Source: an uncultured Actinomycetes bacterium
Lineage (GTDB): Bacteria > Actinomycetota > UBA4738 > HRBIN12
Length of the DNA: 64,000 nucleotides
Assembly: GCA_963746995.1 (NCBI GenBank)
Contig: CAVVDF010000006.1
Location: 15,403 to 79,402, forward strand
Reading direction: 5' to 3'
Part shown: positions 30,501 to 38,391 of the stretch, piece after piece
Numbering within the stretch: the first letter of the stretch is position 1
Layout: each line of letters opens with the position of its first letter
Position numbers and translations under genes: made by a program
The notes under the pieces: generated by a model
Told to the model about the DNA's origin: nothing
The model's database searches: none
The model's input: the letters and a program-made list of their open reading frames with translations, nothing else

Positions 30501-31216
30501 AAGGGCTCAGCCTTGCGGAGCAGACCGACTCAACCGACCTGCGCGCCAACACGCTTGTGCATACGGGTGACGTGCGACGGTTCGCCGGCCGACCGGCGGA
30601 GGCCGAGCCGTTCGAACGTCGCGCGCTGCGTCTCTTCGAGCGTCGCGGGGCGACCGCGCAGGCCGATGCCGTGAGAGCCGTCGTGCGCCCGGCCGAGACC
30701 CCCGAGCCCATGGAGGATCCGCCGACCCACACGGCCGAGCCGTCGGGGCCCACGGCGGCTGATCCGGGCCCCGAGCGCGCGTCACACGATGCGGGCTACA
30801 CGGTGGCCGACGACCTGATGGCACTCACGATGGCCACACCGGACCCTGAACGAGGCCGATGGAGCCGGACACGAGTCCGGCTCCATCGAGACGCCCTCCC
30901 TGGGATCCACGCCCGGCGCGGAGGCCGAGTCGCAGCGTCGCTGGTTCAGCCGCTGACCGGTGGGGGCGGCACCTCATCGTCGGGCGGCGTCGGGGGACCC
31001 ACCGGCGCGCCCGGGACCATGTCGGCCACGGACCGATGCTTGCCGGATTCCGTCTCGACCCTCTCGACGACGGCGTCGAGGGCTTTCTTCGCCGACCCCA
31101 TGCCCTTGTCGCTGCCGCCCCCACCGGCGAACGTCTTCATCAGGGTCGCGGCGAGCCCGTCGAGCGAGCCGCCGTTACTCCCGGTGACGAGCACCTCCGG
31201 CACGACGGTCACGTGA
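27500..31216 (+). CDS. large STAND-type NTPase with a degenerate N-terminal class III adenylate/guanylate cyclase-like domain, an AAA (NB-ARC-like) domain and a helical/TPR-like C-terminal region; the 3' end is uncertain
   Basis: The start (GTG 27500 or ATG 27506) overlaps the pilT stop. A cyclase-like segment (LRIGVDATQV...GDAIRDL) lacks the metal-binding Asp residues. The P-loop is VVVTGEPGVGRTRLAEEL. A long Ala/Leu-rich helical region follows. The last roughly 90 codons (30946-31216) overlap the flotillin gene on the opposite strand, so the true C-terminus may be about 30950. Confidence 0.6.
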   Translation: MGMDSAGTATAPPVTYPVFGAVALGITGRSVYDVIEQVGGMFESVGAVFEGSPDAPGTLIALLPPSEDAAIRAARMALQAQAVAPALRIGVDATQVRAKKEQDARWQQVIDSAVRLQKAARTGESIAGDAIRDLSAGGAATQALAVGEETFLLLTGVSDEVAAPRAVPTAAVAPAVPMPEPAAAPAEAEPLPPQTARAPGQPQTAPDVTPVAADDPEPVPIPVLEQPVADSPSSEVQPNAGTAAGGAPPVMNPAVRFAGPLIGREQQLADLRGRFDRVVTDRAAACVVVTGEPGVGRTRLAEELLQTSGADVRRFRVGCLPVDDGGARWPLAALIEACTDVSPTDPPAQVQERLAAHLADAPDAERLISELLAMQALDGRLQTDDVRWAIRRLLEVSVGDEPTILVIEDADRPGAGFIRLLADVVAVMRDSALLVVLTAVRESEAVPAIRLAPLPPTEAAALVRSLLGAVDPGVDDAIAARTSGSPFDIEQTLAVLTETGALAPGQGTWMPLADMRSVPLPDGPTGLVRRRLQTLHPHALAVLGMAAVVGEIVQPASLLEIIPPDARGTMPGHLTTLVDRGLLVDVGDGEYRFRHALVRAATTGGVPAWAQAMAHLRVARDLEIGAGDRLWRVADRVGGHLAAACARTPDPPTSDRDDALELLTWAAAAAVEHGDLDGAARLEYLSASLVDHDPVRRAELLYLAAEHGATAAPERPADREIAEAALAASVAGDDVDWRVRLLRARLRTTAGHEDALEGARATADDAIAAFDDDALSWALASAWALRGLVHAARAQNGMVADDLARAADNAAAAGRWREETAALRGAAAALLDGPAGVEDAEARCRGFLGRVRGPLAEHDLRGAIALLQARRAAFDEARATIAGSAAALEELGAAADLAVLLRRSAEIETLAGEGPAAELQMQRAMAAVTNARDERLRAEIAGAFAHLLAADDDRLDEALALADVAETHAGGIAAQVAWRMARARVMVRRGRGAHAERLVREGLSLAEQTDSTDLRANTLVHTGDVRRFAGRPAEAEPFERRALRLFERRGATAQADAVRAVVRPAETPEPMEDPPTHTAEPSGPTAADPGPERASHDAGYTVADDLMALTMATPDPERGRWSRTRVRLHRDALPGIHARRGGRVAASLVQPLTGGGGTSSSGGVGGPTGAPGTMSATDRCLPDSVSTLSTTASRAFFADPMPLSLPPPPANVFIRVAASPSSEPPLLPVTSTSGTTVT

Positions 31217-33045
31217 CCGTCACTGACGGCCTGGGCGATGGCGACAACCGCGGTGGCACCCGAGCCAAGCGCGTCGGTCTGCGCCTCGTAGCCGACGGCG
31301 CGGGCGAGCCCCTGCGCCTCGATCGCCGAGCTTCCGCGACACCGATCGCCTGCGTCCTGGCGGCCTCCGCCTCACCGGTCATGCGGGTGAAGTTCGCCTG
31401 ACCCTCGGCCTCCGCCGTCCGCGCCGCCGCATTGTTCTTCTGCACGTCCACGTCGACCTGCGCGCGGGCCAGCGCGAACTGCATGTCGGCCGTGCCCTTC
31501 GCCTTCTCGACGTCGATCCGGGCATGCTGCGCCTCCTGCTCGCGCGCGAAGGTCGCCGCTGCTGGACCGCGAGCTCGCGCGCCGACAGCACCTCGACGAG
31601 TGCATCCGGCAGCACGACGTCTTGGATGTACACACCCTTGGTCTCGACGTTGTACTTGCCCAGGTACTCGGTTATGTAGCGCTCGGCCTTGTCCTGCACC
31701 TCCTGGCGTGTCTCGATGAACTGCACCGCCGGCAGTCCCTGCAGCGTGTTGCGGAAGTAGTTGCCGACCGCCGACTGCAGCACCTCGTTCACGAGGTTCA
31801 GCATCGTGCCCACCATCGAGATCACGCGGGGCGCCTGTGTGTCGGGCACGTGGATCTGCACCTGCAGGTCGATCAGGAACGAGAAGCCTTCGCGGCTCTT
31901 CGCGTCGATCGACGACAGTTGCGCATCGAGCGCGTGTGCGTGCGAGGTCGCCTCTGCCCAGTTCAAGGTGAGGATCGCCGTCGGGACGACCTCCGCCTGA
32001 TACACGCGCGGGTTGATCGCGTACTTGCCGGTGCGCAACGGCTCCGACCAGATCCCTCGGTGCCCCGGGTGCACGATCGAGCCGAACTTGAAGGCCTCGC
32101 CGCTCGTATCCTCCGTCGACAACCCGAGGAACGACTTCACGACCGCCACCTCGCCCTGGTTCACCACGAGCATCGGCACGCGTTCGACCTTCACCAGGAA
32201 CGGGTTGAGCAGGTAGGCGCCGTACAGCAGCGGGTCGTGTTGCAGTCCGATCTTGCCGCCGTTGTCCAAGAACGCCTGGAAGTCCTGGTAGTTGTTGTGC
32301 AGCCGGTTCTTCGAGCCGAGCAGCACGTCGATGATCTCGGCGTCGCTTCGCCCCTCCGATTCCATCTGCAGGATGTCGTCGGAACCACCGAGCCGTCCGG
32401 CGATGTCGCCCGACGGGAGCGGATCACCCTCCTGCGTGGTGACGATCCCGACGTAGTCCTGCCCGCCCTCAGGGGCGATCCGCACGACCTGCAGGTCGGA
32501 GGCCGACAGACCGAACGACTCATAGGACAGCCCGCTCGTTTGCGTGATCCCCAGCACGTCGGGCGAGACCGGCAGCCCGAAGGACTGCACATAGGTCAGC
32601 ACGAGGAAGCCGATCGGATGCATCGGGACCAACGACCCGGGGGAAGCACCGGCCGCTGCACGCCCTGCTGGCCGCCCAGTTCCACGAATGCGCGTACGTT
32701 GTCGAAGTTGCCGAATTCGGGCTTGTAGACGGCGCTCTTCGCGCCGGCCGGCAACGCGTGGCCGATCTGTGCGAGGACGACGCCGATCCCATCCGCCGGC
32801 ACCTGCACCCAGGGGTACTTCTTCACCGAGTACAGCAGTGCCGGACGGAAGCGCAGCCCCGGCATCAACAGGTTCGCCTGGTAGCCGGCTTCCCGCTTGA
32901 AGGCGATCACGTGGCCTTCCCTGAGGCGCCGACCCAGCCGCTTGGCGACGAGTCCTACCTCCGTCGGGCCGATGTAGCTGAACGACGCCAGCACGTAGAG
33001 GATCACCAACGCGACCACGATGATCGTGATCAGTGAGGAACTCAT
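30946..33045 (-). pseudogene. flotillin / SPFH (band 7) family protein (YqiK/FloT-like); reading frame broken three times
   Basis: Start ATG 33045 (MSSSLITIIVVALVILYVL...). The gene is reconstructed from ORFs 32596-33132, 31379-32632, 31209-31484 and 30946-31212. Frame switches fall near 32600-32630, 31551-31562 and 31327-31337. The flotillin C-terminal region EAEGQANFTR...VVPEVLVTG is present. Confidence 0.7.
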
Positions 33046-33194
33046 CTCCCGCACGCTCCTTCCGCAGATGTTGCGGTCTTGTGACGATTCGCCATGCCCT
33101 GCCTCGGCGGTTCTATCCGAAGACACTCGCACGGAACGTTCCTGAGCGCGACCGCGCGCTCAAGGAAGTACCGTCCGTCGGCCGATAGGAGGAC

Positions 33195-33845
33195 ATGCTG
33201 CAATCATCCCGCCTCCGCCTGATCCTTGCCGTCGTCGCCGTTGCCCTCGTTTTGGGCGCCGGGAGCGCCCTTGCCGCCAGTGGCGACGATGTCACCGTCG
33301 CTGATCCGTGCCCGTCGATCGAGCCGTCTCTTGAGCCGTCCGTTGAGCCGTCCGTTGAGCCGTCCGTTGAGCCGTCGGTCGACGCATCCGTGGAGCCCTC
33401 CGTCGAGCCATCGGAGGAGGGAACGACCGATGGGTCCGAGGATCCAGGCGAATGCTCGGATCCGAGCGAGGCGCCCGAGCCGAGCGAGAACCCCGATTCT
33501 GGCGAGGCAGTAGATCCCACAACCGCTCCTGAACCCGACGCCGAGCGCACGGCGGCCTGCTTCGACGCCGCGAAGGTCGATCCCGAGGCCGAGCCGACCA
33601 CCGAGAAGGTGACCGGTCTCGACAACGCGATCCAGCACGTGCTCGACAACTGCATCAAGAACCCGCAGGCCCCTGGCCTCCTGAACGCTCTCGAACACCT
33701 GCGCGCGAACCAGGAACGGCACGCTGTGCAGCAGGCAGCCAAGGCAGAGCGGACTGCTTCGAGGGCGGCGGCGAAAGCCGCGCGCGACGCAGCGAAAGCG
33801 GCGGGCGAGCACGGCAACAGCGGCGAGCACGGGAACAGCCACTAG
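33195..33845 (+). CDS. secreted low-complexity protein with (V/L)EPS tandem repeats
   Basis: AGGAGGA RBS, then ATG 33195. Signal peptide. Eight 12-nt repeats encode EPSL/EPSV units. Acidic Pro/Glu-rich region and an Ala/Lys-rich C-terminus. Confidence 0.6.
   Translation: MLQSSRLRLILAVVAVALVLGAGSALAASGDDVTVADPCPSIEPSLEPSVEPSVEPSVEPSVDASVEPSVEPSEEGTTDGSEDPGECSDPSEAPEPSENPDSGEAVDPTTAPEPDAERTAACFDAAKVDPEAEPTTEKVTGLDNAIQHVLDNCIKNPQAPGLLNALEHLRANQERHAVQQAAKAERTASRAAAKAARDAAKAAGEHGNSGEHGNSH
33321..33416 (+). repeat. 8 x 12-bp tandem repeat (consensus gagccgtccgtt) inside the EPSV-repeat gene
   Basis: The copies are gagccgtctctt, then gagccgtccgtt x3, then gagccgtcggtc, gacgcatccgtg, gagccctccgtc and gagccatcggag. 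Confidence 0.7.
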
Positions 33846-33868
33846 CGGCCCGTCGGACGTATTCGAAA

Positions 33869-33896
33869 GGGCCCCGCGCGGAGCGCGGGGCCCTTT
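33869..33896 (+). terminator. intrinsic-terminator-like hairpin: 11-bp GC stem (gggccccgcgc / gcgcggggccc), 3-nt loop, then TTT
   Basis: The perfect inverted repeat is flanked by aaa and ttt, 24 bp downstream of the EPSV-repeat gene stop. Confidence 0.5.
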
Positions 33897-33916
33897 CGCG
33901 TGGCAGCATCCCGGCC

Positions 33917-35045
33917 ATGGATGTCGCGATCGTCGGCGGCGGCGTGATCGGCCTCGCGTGCGCGAACGCGCTCGCCGAGGCGGGTGTTGACGTCTGCGTC
34001 CTCGAGGCTGCGGACGCGACCGGCCAAGGGTCCTCGGCGCGCGCCAACGGCGGCTTCCGAGCGCAATTCACCACGACGAGCAACATCGCGTTCTCCCGTT
34101 ACTCGATCGAGGCATTCGAGGCGATGCCCGCCGAGCAGATCGGGCTGCACCAGACCGGGTACCTCCTCGTCACTTCGACCCGACAAGGCGAGCGGTCGTT
34201 GCGGGCTGCAGTCGACCTCCAACGGGGTCTCGGCGTCGATACAGCATGGCTCGATCCCGATGCGATCCGTGCGCGCGCCCCGTTCATGCGGATGGACGGC
34301 GTGCGCGCGGGCAGCTTCCACGCGCGCGATGGATTCCTGGATCCGGCCGGTATCTGCCAGGTGTACGCGCATTCGGCACTCCGACACGGCGCCGCGCTCC
34401 GCACGGCTGCCGCCGTCACCGCGATCGAGCGATCGGCCCGAGGCTTCACCGTGCATGCGGGACGAGACGGGGTCCGCGCCGACCTCATCGTGAACGCAGC
34501 CGGAGCCGATGCCCGTTCCATCGCTCTCCTTGCCGGATCCGACCTGCCGGTCGAGCCGGTGCGGCGGAACCTCGCCCACGTCCACGACGTGCCAGGGCCG
34601 CTGACGCCGATGGTCGTCGACCTCGAGAGCGGCGTGCTCGTTCGCCGGGAGCCCGGCGGCGGCTGGGTGCTCGCCTACGCGAACCCCGCCGACCCCCCCG
34701 GCCGCGCCACGACGGTGGATCCGCGGTTCCTCGGAGACCTTGCTGAACGACTGCCCGTCCGGTTCCCCTTCCTCGTCGACCTGCCGATCGACCCGCGCCA
34801 GTGCTGGGCGGGGTTGTACCCGGAAACGCCCGATCACCACGCGATCATCGGCGCAGACCCCGCGGTGCCGGGGTTGCTGCACGCAGCGGGCTTCGGGGGC
34901 CATGGGGTGATGCACGCGCCCGCCGCCGGGCGGGCGATCGCCGACCTCGTGCTGACCGGTTCGAGCACCACGTTCGACCTGCGCCCGCTTGCGGCCGTCC
35001 CGGTTCGCCGAGGACGACCTGATCGTCGAGACCTCAGTGTTCTGA
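33917..35045 (+). pseudogene. FAD-dependent oxidoreductase (DAO family; sarcosine-oxidase-beta/glycine-oxidase-like); one frame break near the 3' end
   Basis: The N-terminus VAIVGGGVIGLACA is a dinucleotide-binding motif. The conserved C-terminal motif HAAGFGGHGVMHAPAAG is present. The family-typical end RPSRFAEDDLIVETSVF* lies in frame 0 and stops at 35043-35045, whereas the main ORF is in frame 2. The switch is at about 34985-34995. Confidence 0.7.
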
Positions 35046-35051
35046 AACCGT

Positions 35052-36301
35052 CTAGAAACGGCCGGGCGAGAACGGCGCGAGATCCACGCCGGCGTCGCCG
35101 TCGGTCAGAAGCCGAGTCACGAGCTGCCCGGTGATAGGTGCAAGCGTGACCCCGAGCATGTTGTGCCCGGTCGCGACCACCACGCGTGGATGGCCGGGAA
35201 CCGGTCCGATGATCGGGAGACCGTCGGGCGTGACCGGGCGCGGCCCGACCCATTCGTTCGTCCGGTCATGGAGATCAACCGCGCGGAGGAACGGAGCGGT
35301 CGCACGAACGATGGCGTCGATCCGGCGGCCGGTTGAAGCGATCCATCGTCCCGTCGAACTCCATCGTGCCGGCGACGCGCAGGCGATCGGGGTAGGGCGT
35401 GAGCATCACGTGCGCGTCCGGCAGATGCAGCACGTGATCGGGCAGTCGGTCCGGCCGCACCTCGAAGCTGTACCCCTTGCCCGGGTACAACGGGAGCTTG
35501 ATACCGAGCGGCGTGACGAGCTCGCGCGTCCAGGCGCCCGCCGACGACCACCACGCGGTCGGCGTCGACCGAGCCGAGCGCTGCGTCGATCTCGATCCCG
35601 TCCCCGAGATCCACGACGCGCCGCACGGCGCACGACGTGTGGATCACCACTCCCGCGGCGGCGAGCGACGTGGTCAGCTCGTCAACCAACACGCCTGCGT
35701 CGATCCACCGTTCCCCAGGCAGCAGGAAGCCGGCGACGACGCGTTCGGAGACGAGCGGCTCGATCGCGCGGACGGTCGCGCCGTCGAGGATCGGACCCGG
35801 CGGCCGGCACGCGCCCAGCGACGCCATCCTCTCGATGTGCGCGCGTTCCGACGCAGCACCATCGGCCGTCGCGTGCAGGGTGAGGTAGCCGTCGAGACGC
35901 GCGCTCGAGCCGATCCCGGCCTCGGCCATCGCGTCGTAGGCCGCGGTCACCCCACGTGCCAGCGCGACCATGGCGAGAAGACCGCGCTCGAAGGCGGCAG
36001 GCGTCGCTGCCTGCGTGAACCGTCGGATGAACCCGGCCATCCGCGGCATGACCGACGGGTGCACGTGCAGCGCCGCATCCGGGCGCCCAAGGTCGCGCAG
36101 CACGGCACGGACGGCGTCGGGTCCGGCCAACGGCTGGGTCATCGACGGGCAGATCGCGCCGGCGTTCCCACGAGAGGCGCCCGCCCCCGTCCGGTCGGCG
36201 GCCTCGAGGATCGTCACGTCGACGCCGGCACGACAGAGGAACCACGCGCACGACAACCCCACGATCCCCCCGCCGATCACCACGACGCGCTTGCGTGGCA
36301 T
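35052..36301 (-). pseudogene. FAD-dependent oxidoreductase (D-amino-acid dehydrogenase DadA-like); reading frame broken twice
   Basis: N-terminus VVVIGGGIVGLSCA. The middle segment PLYPGKGYSFEV... is in ORF 35275-35490. The C-terminus ...HNMLGVTLAPITGQLV...FSPGRF* stops at 35052-35054. Frame switches fall near 35530-35545 and 35322-35334. Confidence 0.7.
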
Positions 36302-36311
36302 GTGACCGCCG

Positions 36312-36785
36312 TCAGCTCACCTGCAACGTGCCCACCATCGTGGCCGGATGGGCGTAGCAGTTGAACGCGTATGTCCCCGCCGACAGCGCGGGAACGTCAT
36401 AGGTCACCGTGGCCACGCCGGTGATGAGCTCGTTGCCAACCGGCGCCCAGAGCGGCGTGCCGGTGGTCGACGTGCCGGCGAAGATCTGGACGTTGTGCGG
36501 GATGCCGTCGTCGTCATTCACGAATTCGATCCGCAGCGCTTCGTCTGCCGGCGCGACGAGTTCCGTCGGATCGAACCCTGACAGGGTCGAGCCGACCGGT
36601 GCCTTCACCCGCAACCGAGGGCTGGCGGGTTCCTGCGAGGACGACGACGAAGGCGACGCCGGCGTGATCGAGCTCGGCACGACGCTCGCGTTCGAGTCGG
36701 TCGATCCGCCATCATCGGCACCGCTGCACGCGATCAGCATGAGCACCGACACGCAGGCCGCCGCGATCGTCCGTCCGAGCCGCAT
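36312..36785 (-). CDS. cupredoxin (type 1 blue copper) lipoprotein
   Basis: AAGGAGG RBS, then ATG 36785. Lipobox LMLIACSG. C-terminal ligand loop FNCYAHPATMVGTLQV (Cys, His, Met). Confidence 0.7.
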   Translation of the reverse strand: MRLGRTIAAACVSVLMLIACSGADDGGSTDSNASVVPSSITPASPSSSSSQEPASPRLRVKAPVGSTLSGFDPTELVAPADEALRIEFVNDDDGIPHNVQIFAGTSTTGTPLWAPVGNELITGVATVTYDVPALSAGTYAFNCYAHPATMVGTLQVS

Positions 36786-36891
36786 CGAACCTCCTTCGTC
36801 ATCATGGATCCCGCTCCTCGCCCCGGAACCGTACCGTGACGACCCTGCTCGGTGGTACCGCGACCGGCGGGCGGTGCTAGGGTCGCGAGCC

Positions 36892-37749
36892 ATGACGGAT
36901 GCGACCCACCGGGTGGGACCCGTCGACATCACTGCGATCGTCGACGCGGACATCGAGGAGGCCCCGATCGTCGAGGCGTTCCCCGACATCCCGCCGGACG
37001 ACCTGCTGGCTGAGAAGGCAACGTACCCCGGCGTCTACACCGAGGACGACCGATGGCGCCTGCGCGTGCGTGTCTGGCTGGTTCGGCACCCCGAAGGACT
37101 GCTCCTCATGGATACGGGGATCGGCGGTGCATCGTCCCCGTCGCAGGGGTGGGCACCATCGCCGGGCGCGCTCACCGAGCGGCTCGCCGACCTCGGGATC
37201 GCGCCGCACCACATCGACACCGTCGTGATCAGTCACGTCCACGACGACCATCTGGGCGGCGTGCTCACGGACGACGGGGAACCGAGCTACCCCAATGCGC
37301 GCTACCTCGTGCAGCGGGCCGACGTCGCCTGGCAGCGCGAGCTCGCGCGCGAGTCCGAGGACGACGCTGAGATCGCCGCGCTCCTGGACGGCCTCGAGGC
37401 AGCTGAGGTGCTCGACATGCTGGATGGTGACCGGACCCTGACCCAACATCTGGCGCTGCAGCACCTGCCCGGACACACGCCGGGGCATCAGATCCTGCGG
37501 GTCGCCGGCGACGGCGCTCGGCTCATCGCGTCGGCCGACACGTGGAACCATCCGTCGCAGTTCGCGCATCCCGATTGGCCGAGCGGTCCCGACGCGCACC
37601 ACGCCGAGGCGGCCGCGGCGCGACGCACCCTGCTGACCGACGTCTTGTCGCATCCGGGCACCGTGCTCGCTCCGACGCATCTCGCCGAACCCTTCGGCAT
37701 CGTGAGCTCCGGCCCCGACGGGCTCGCCCGCTGGTCTCCCGTCGCCTGA
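36892..37749 (+). CDS. MBL-fold metallo-hydrolase
   Basis: 285 aa. Motif ISHVHDDHLGG (HxHxDH), plus downstream His and Asp ligands. Confidence 0.8.
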   Translation: MTDATHRVGPVDITAIVDADIEEAPIVEAFPDIPPDDLLAEKATYPGVYTEDDRWRLRVRVWLVRHPEGLLLMDTGIGGASSPSQGWAPSPGALTERLADLGIAPHHIDTVVISHVHDDHLGGVLTDDGEPSYPNARYLVQRADVAWQRELARESEDDAEIAALLDGLEAAEVLDMLDGDRTLTQHLALQHLPGHTPGHQILRVAGDGARLIASADTWNHPSQFAHPDWPSGPDAHHAEAAAARRTLLTDVLSHPGTVLAPTHLAEPFGIVSSGPDGLARWSPVA

Positions 37750-37943
37750 CACGCCCCACCCACAAGGCGAACAGCGGGCCGTTGCGGATGAAGCACCACG
37801 CGGATCGAGACGTTCACATCCTTGGCGCGCAAGGGTTCTCCTGGCAACTGTGGACGGCGTGTGGAAAACGCGGTCGACATCTCGACGGCTTCTTCACACG
37901 TCGTGGCGGCCCGCTGCCGGTTCTGCTGGGTAGCCTGGGGCCC

Positions 37944-38378
37944 GTGTTTCGCCGTGTCGCTGCCCCAACAGCCGTCCTCTTTCTTCTCCTGACCTTCTTC
38001 TCGGCTCTCCCAGCGCATGCGGGTCACCGGTCGAAGGTCTTCGGTTTGGTGAACCATTTCCGGCGTTCCCACGGTCTACCGGCGGTGCGCGAGAACCGCG
38101 ACGTCGACCGGATGGCCCGGCGGCACTCGGTGTCGATGGCCAATGAGGGAGTGCTGTATCACACGGTCGACCTCCAGCAGAAGCTCCGCACGAAGAGTCC
38201 GACGATGTGGGGCGAGATCATCGCGATGAAGAAGACGGTGCGTTCCACCGTGCGCGCGTGGATCAACAGCCCGCCCCATCGGTCGATCATGCTGACCGGC
38301 GGCTACCGGCGTGCGGGCGTGGGGGTGGTGCGGGCGCGCGGCGTCCTGTGGGTCACGATGATCTTCTACAGAAGCTGA
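37944..38378 (+). CDS. CAP (SCP/PR-1-like) domain protein, secreted
   Basis: GTG 37944, then a signal peptide (VFRRVAAPTAVLFLLLTFFSALPAHA). CAP motifs (FGLVNHFRRSHGL, HYTQVVW-like AWINSPPHRSIML, GVGVV). The start is uncertain. Confidence 0.6.
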   Translation: MFRRVAAPTAVLFLLLTFFSALPAHAGHRSKVFGLVNHFRRSHGLPAVRENRDVDRMARRHSVSMANEGVLYHTVDLQQKLRTKSPTMWGEIIAMKKTVRSTVRAWINSPPHRSIMLTGGYRRAGVGVVRARGVLWVTMIFYRS

Positions 38379-38391
38379 CGCACCCCCGCCG

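Noticed and set aside
36851-36890. Paired GGTACC sites (ggtaccgtgac...ggtggtaccg) upstream of the MBL hydrolase gene as a possible operator
   Set aside because: Only two short direct copies of a 6-bp palindrome. Insufficient to call a regulatory site.
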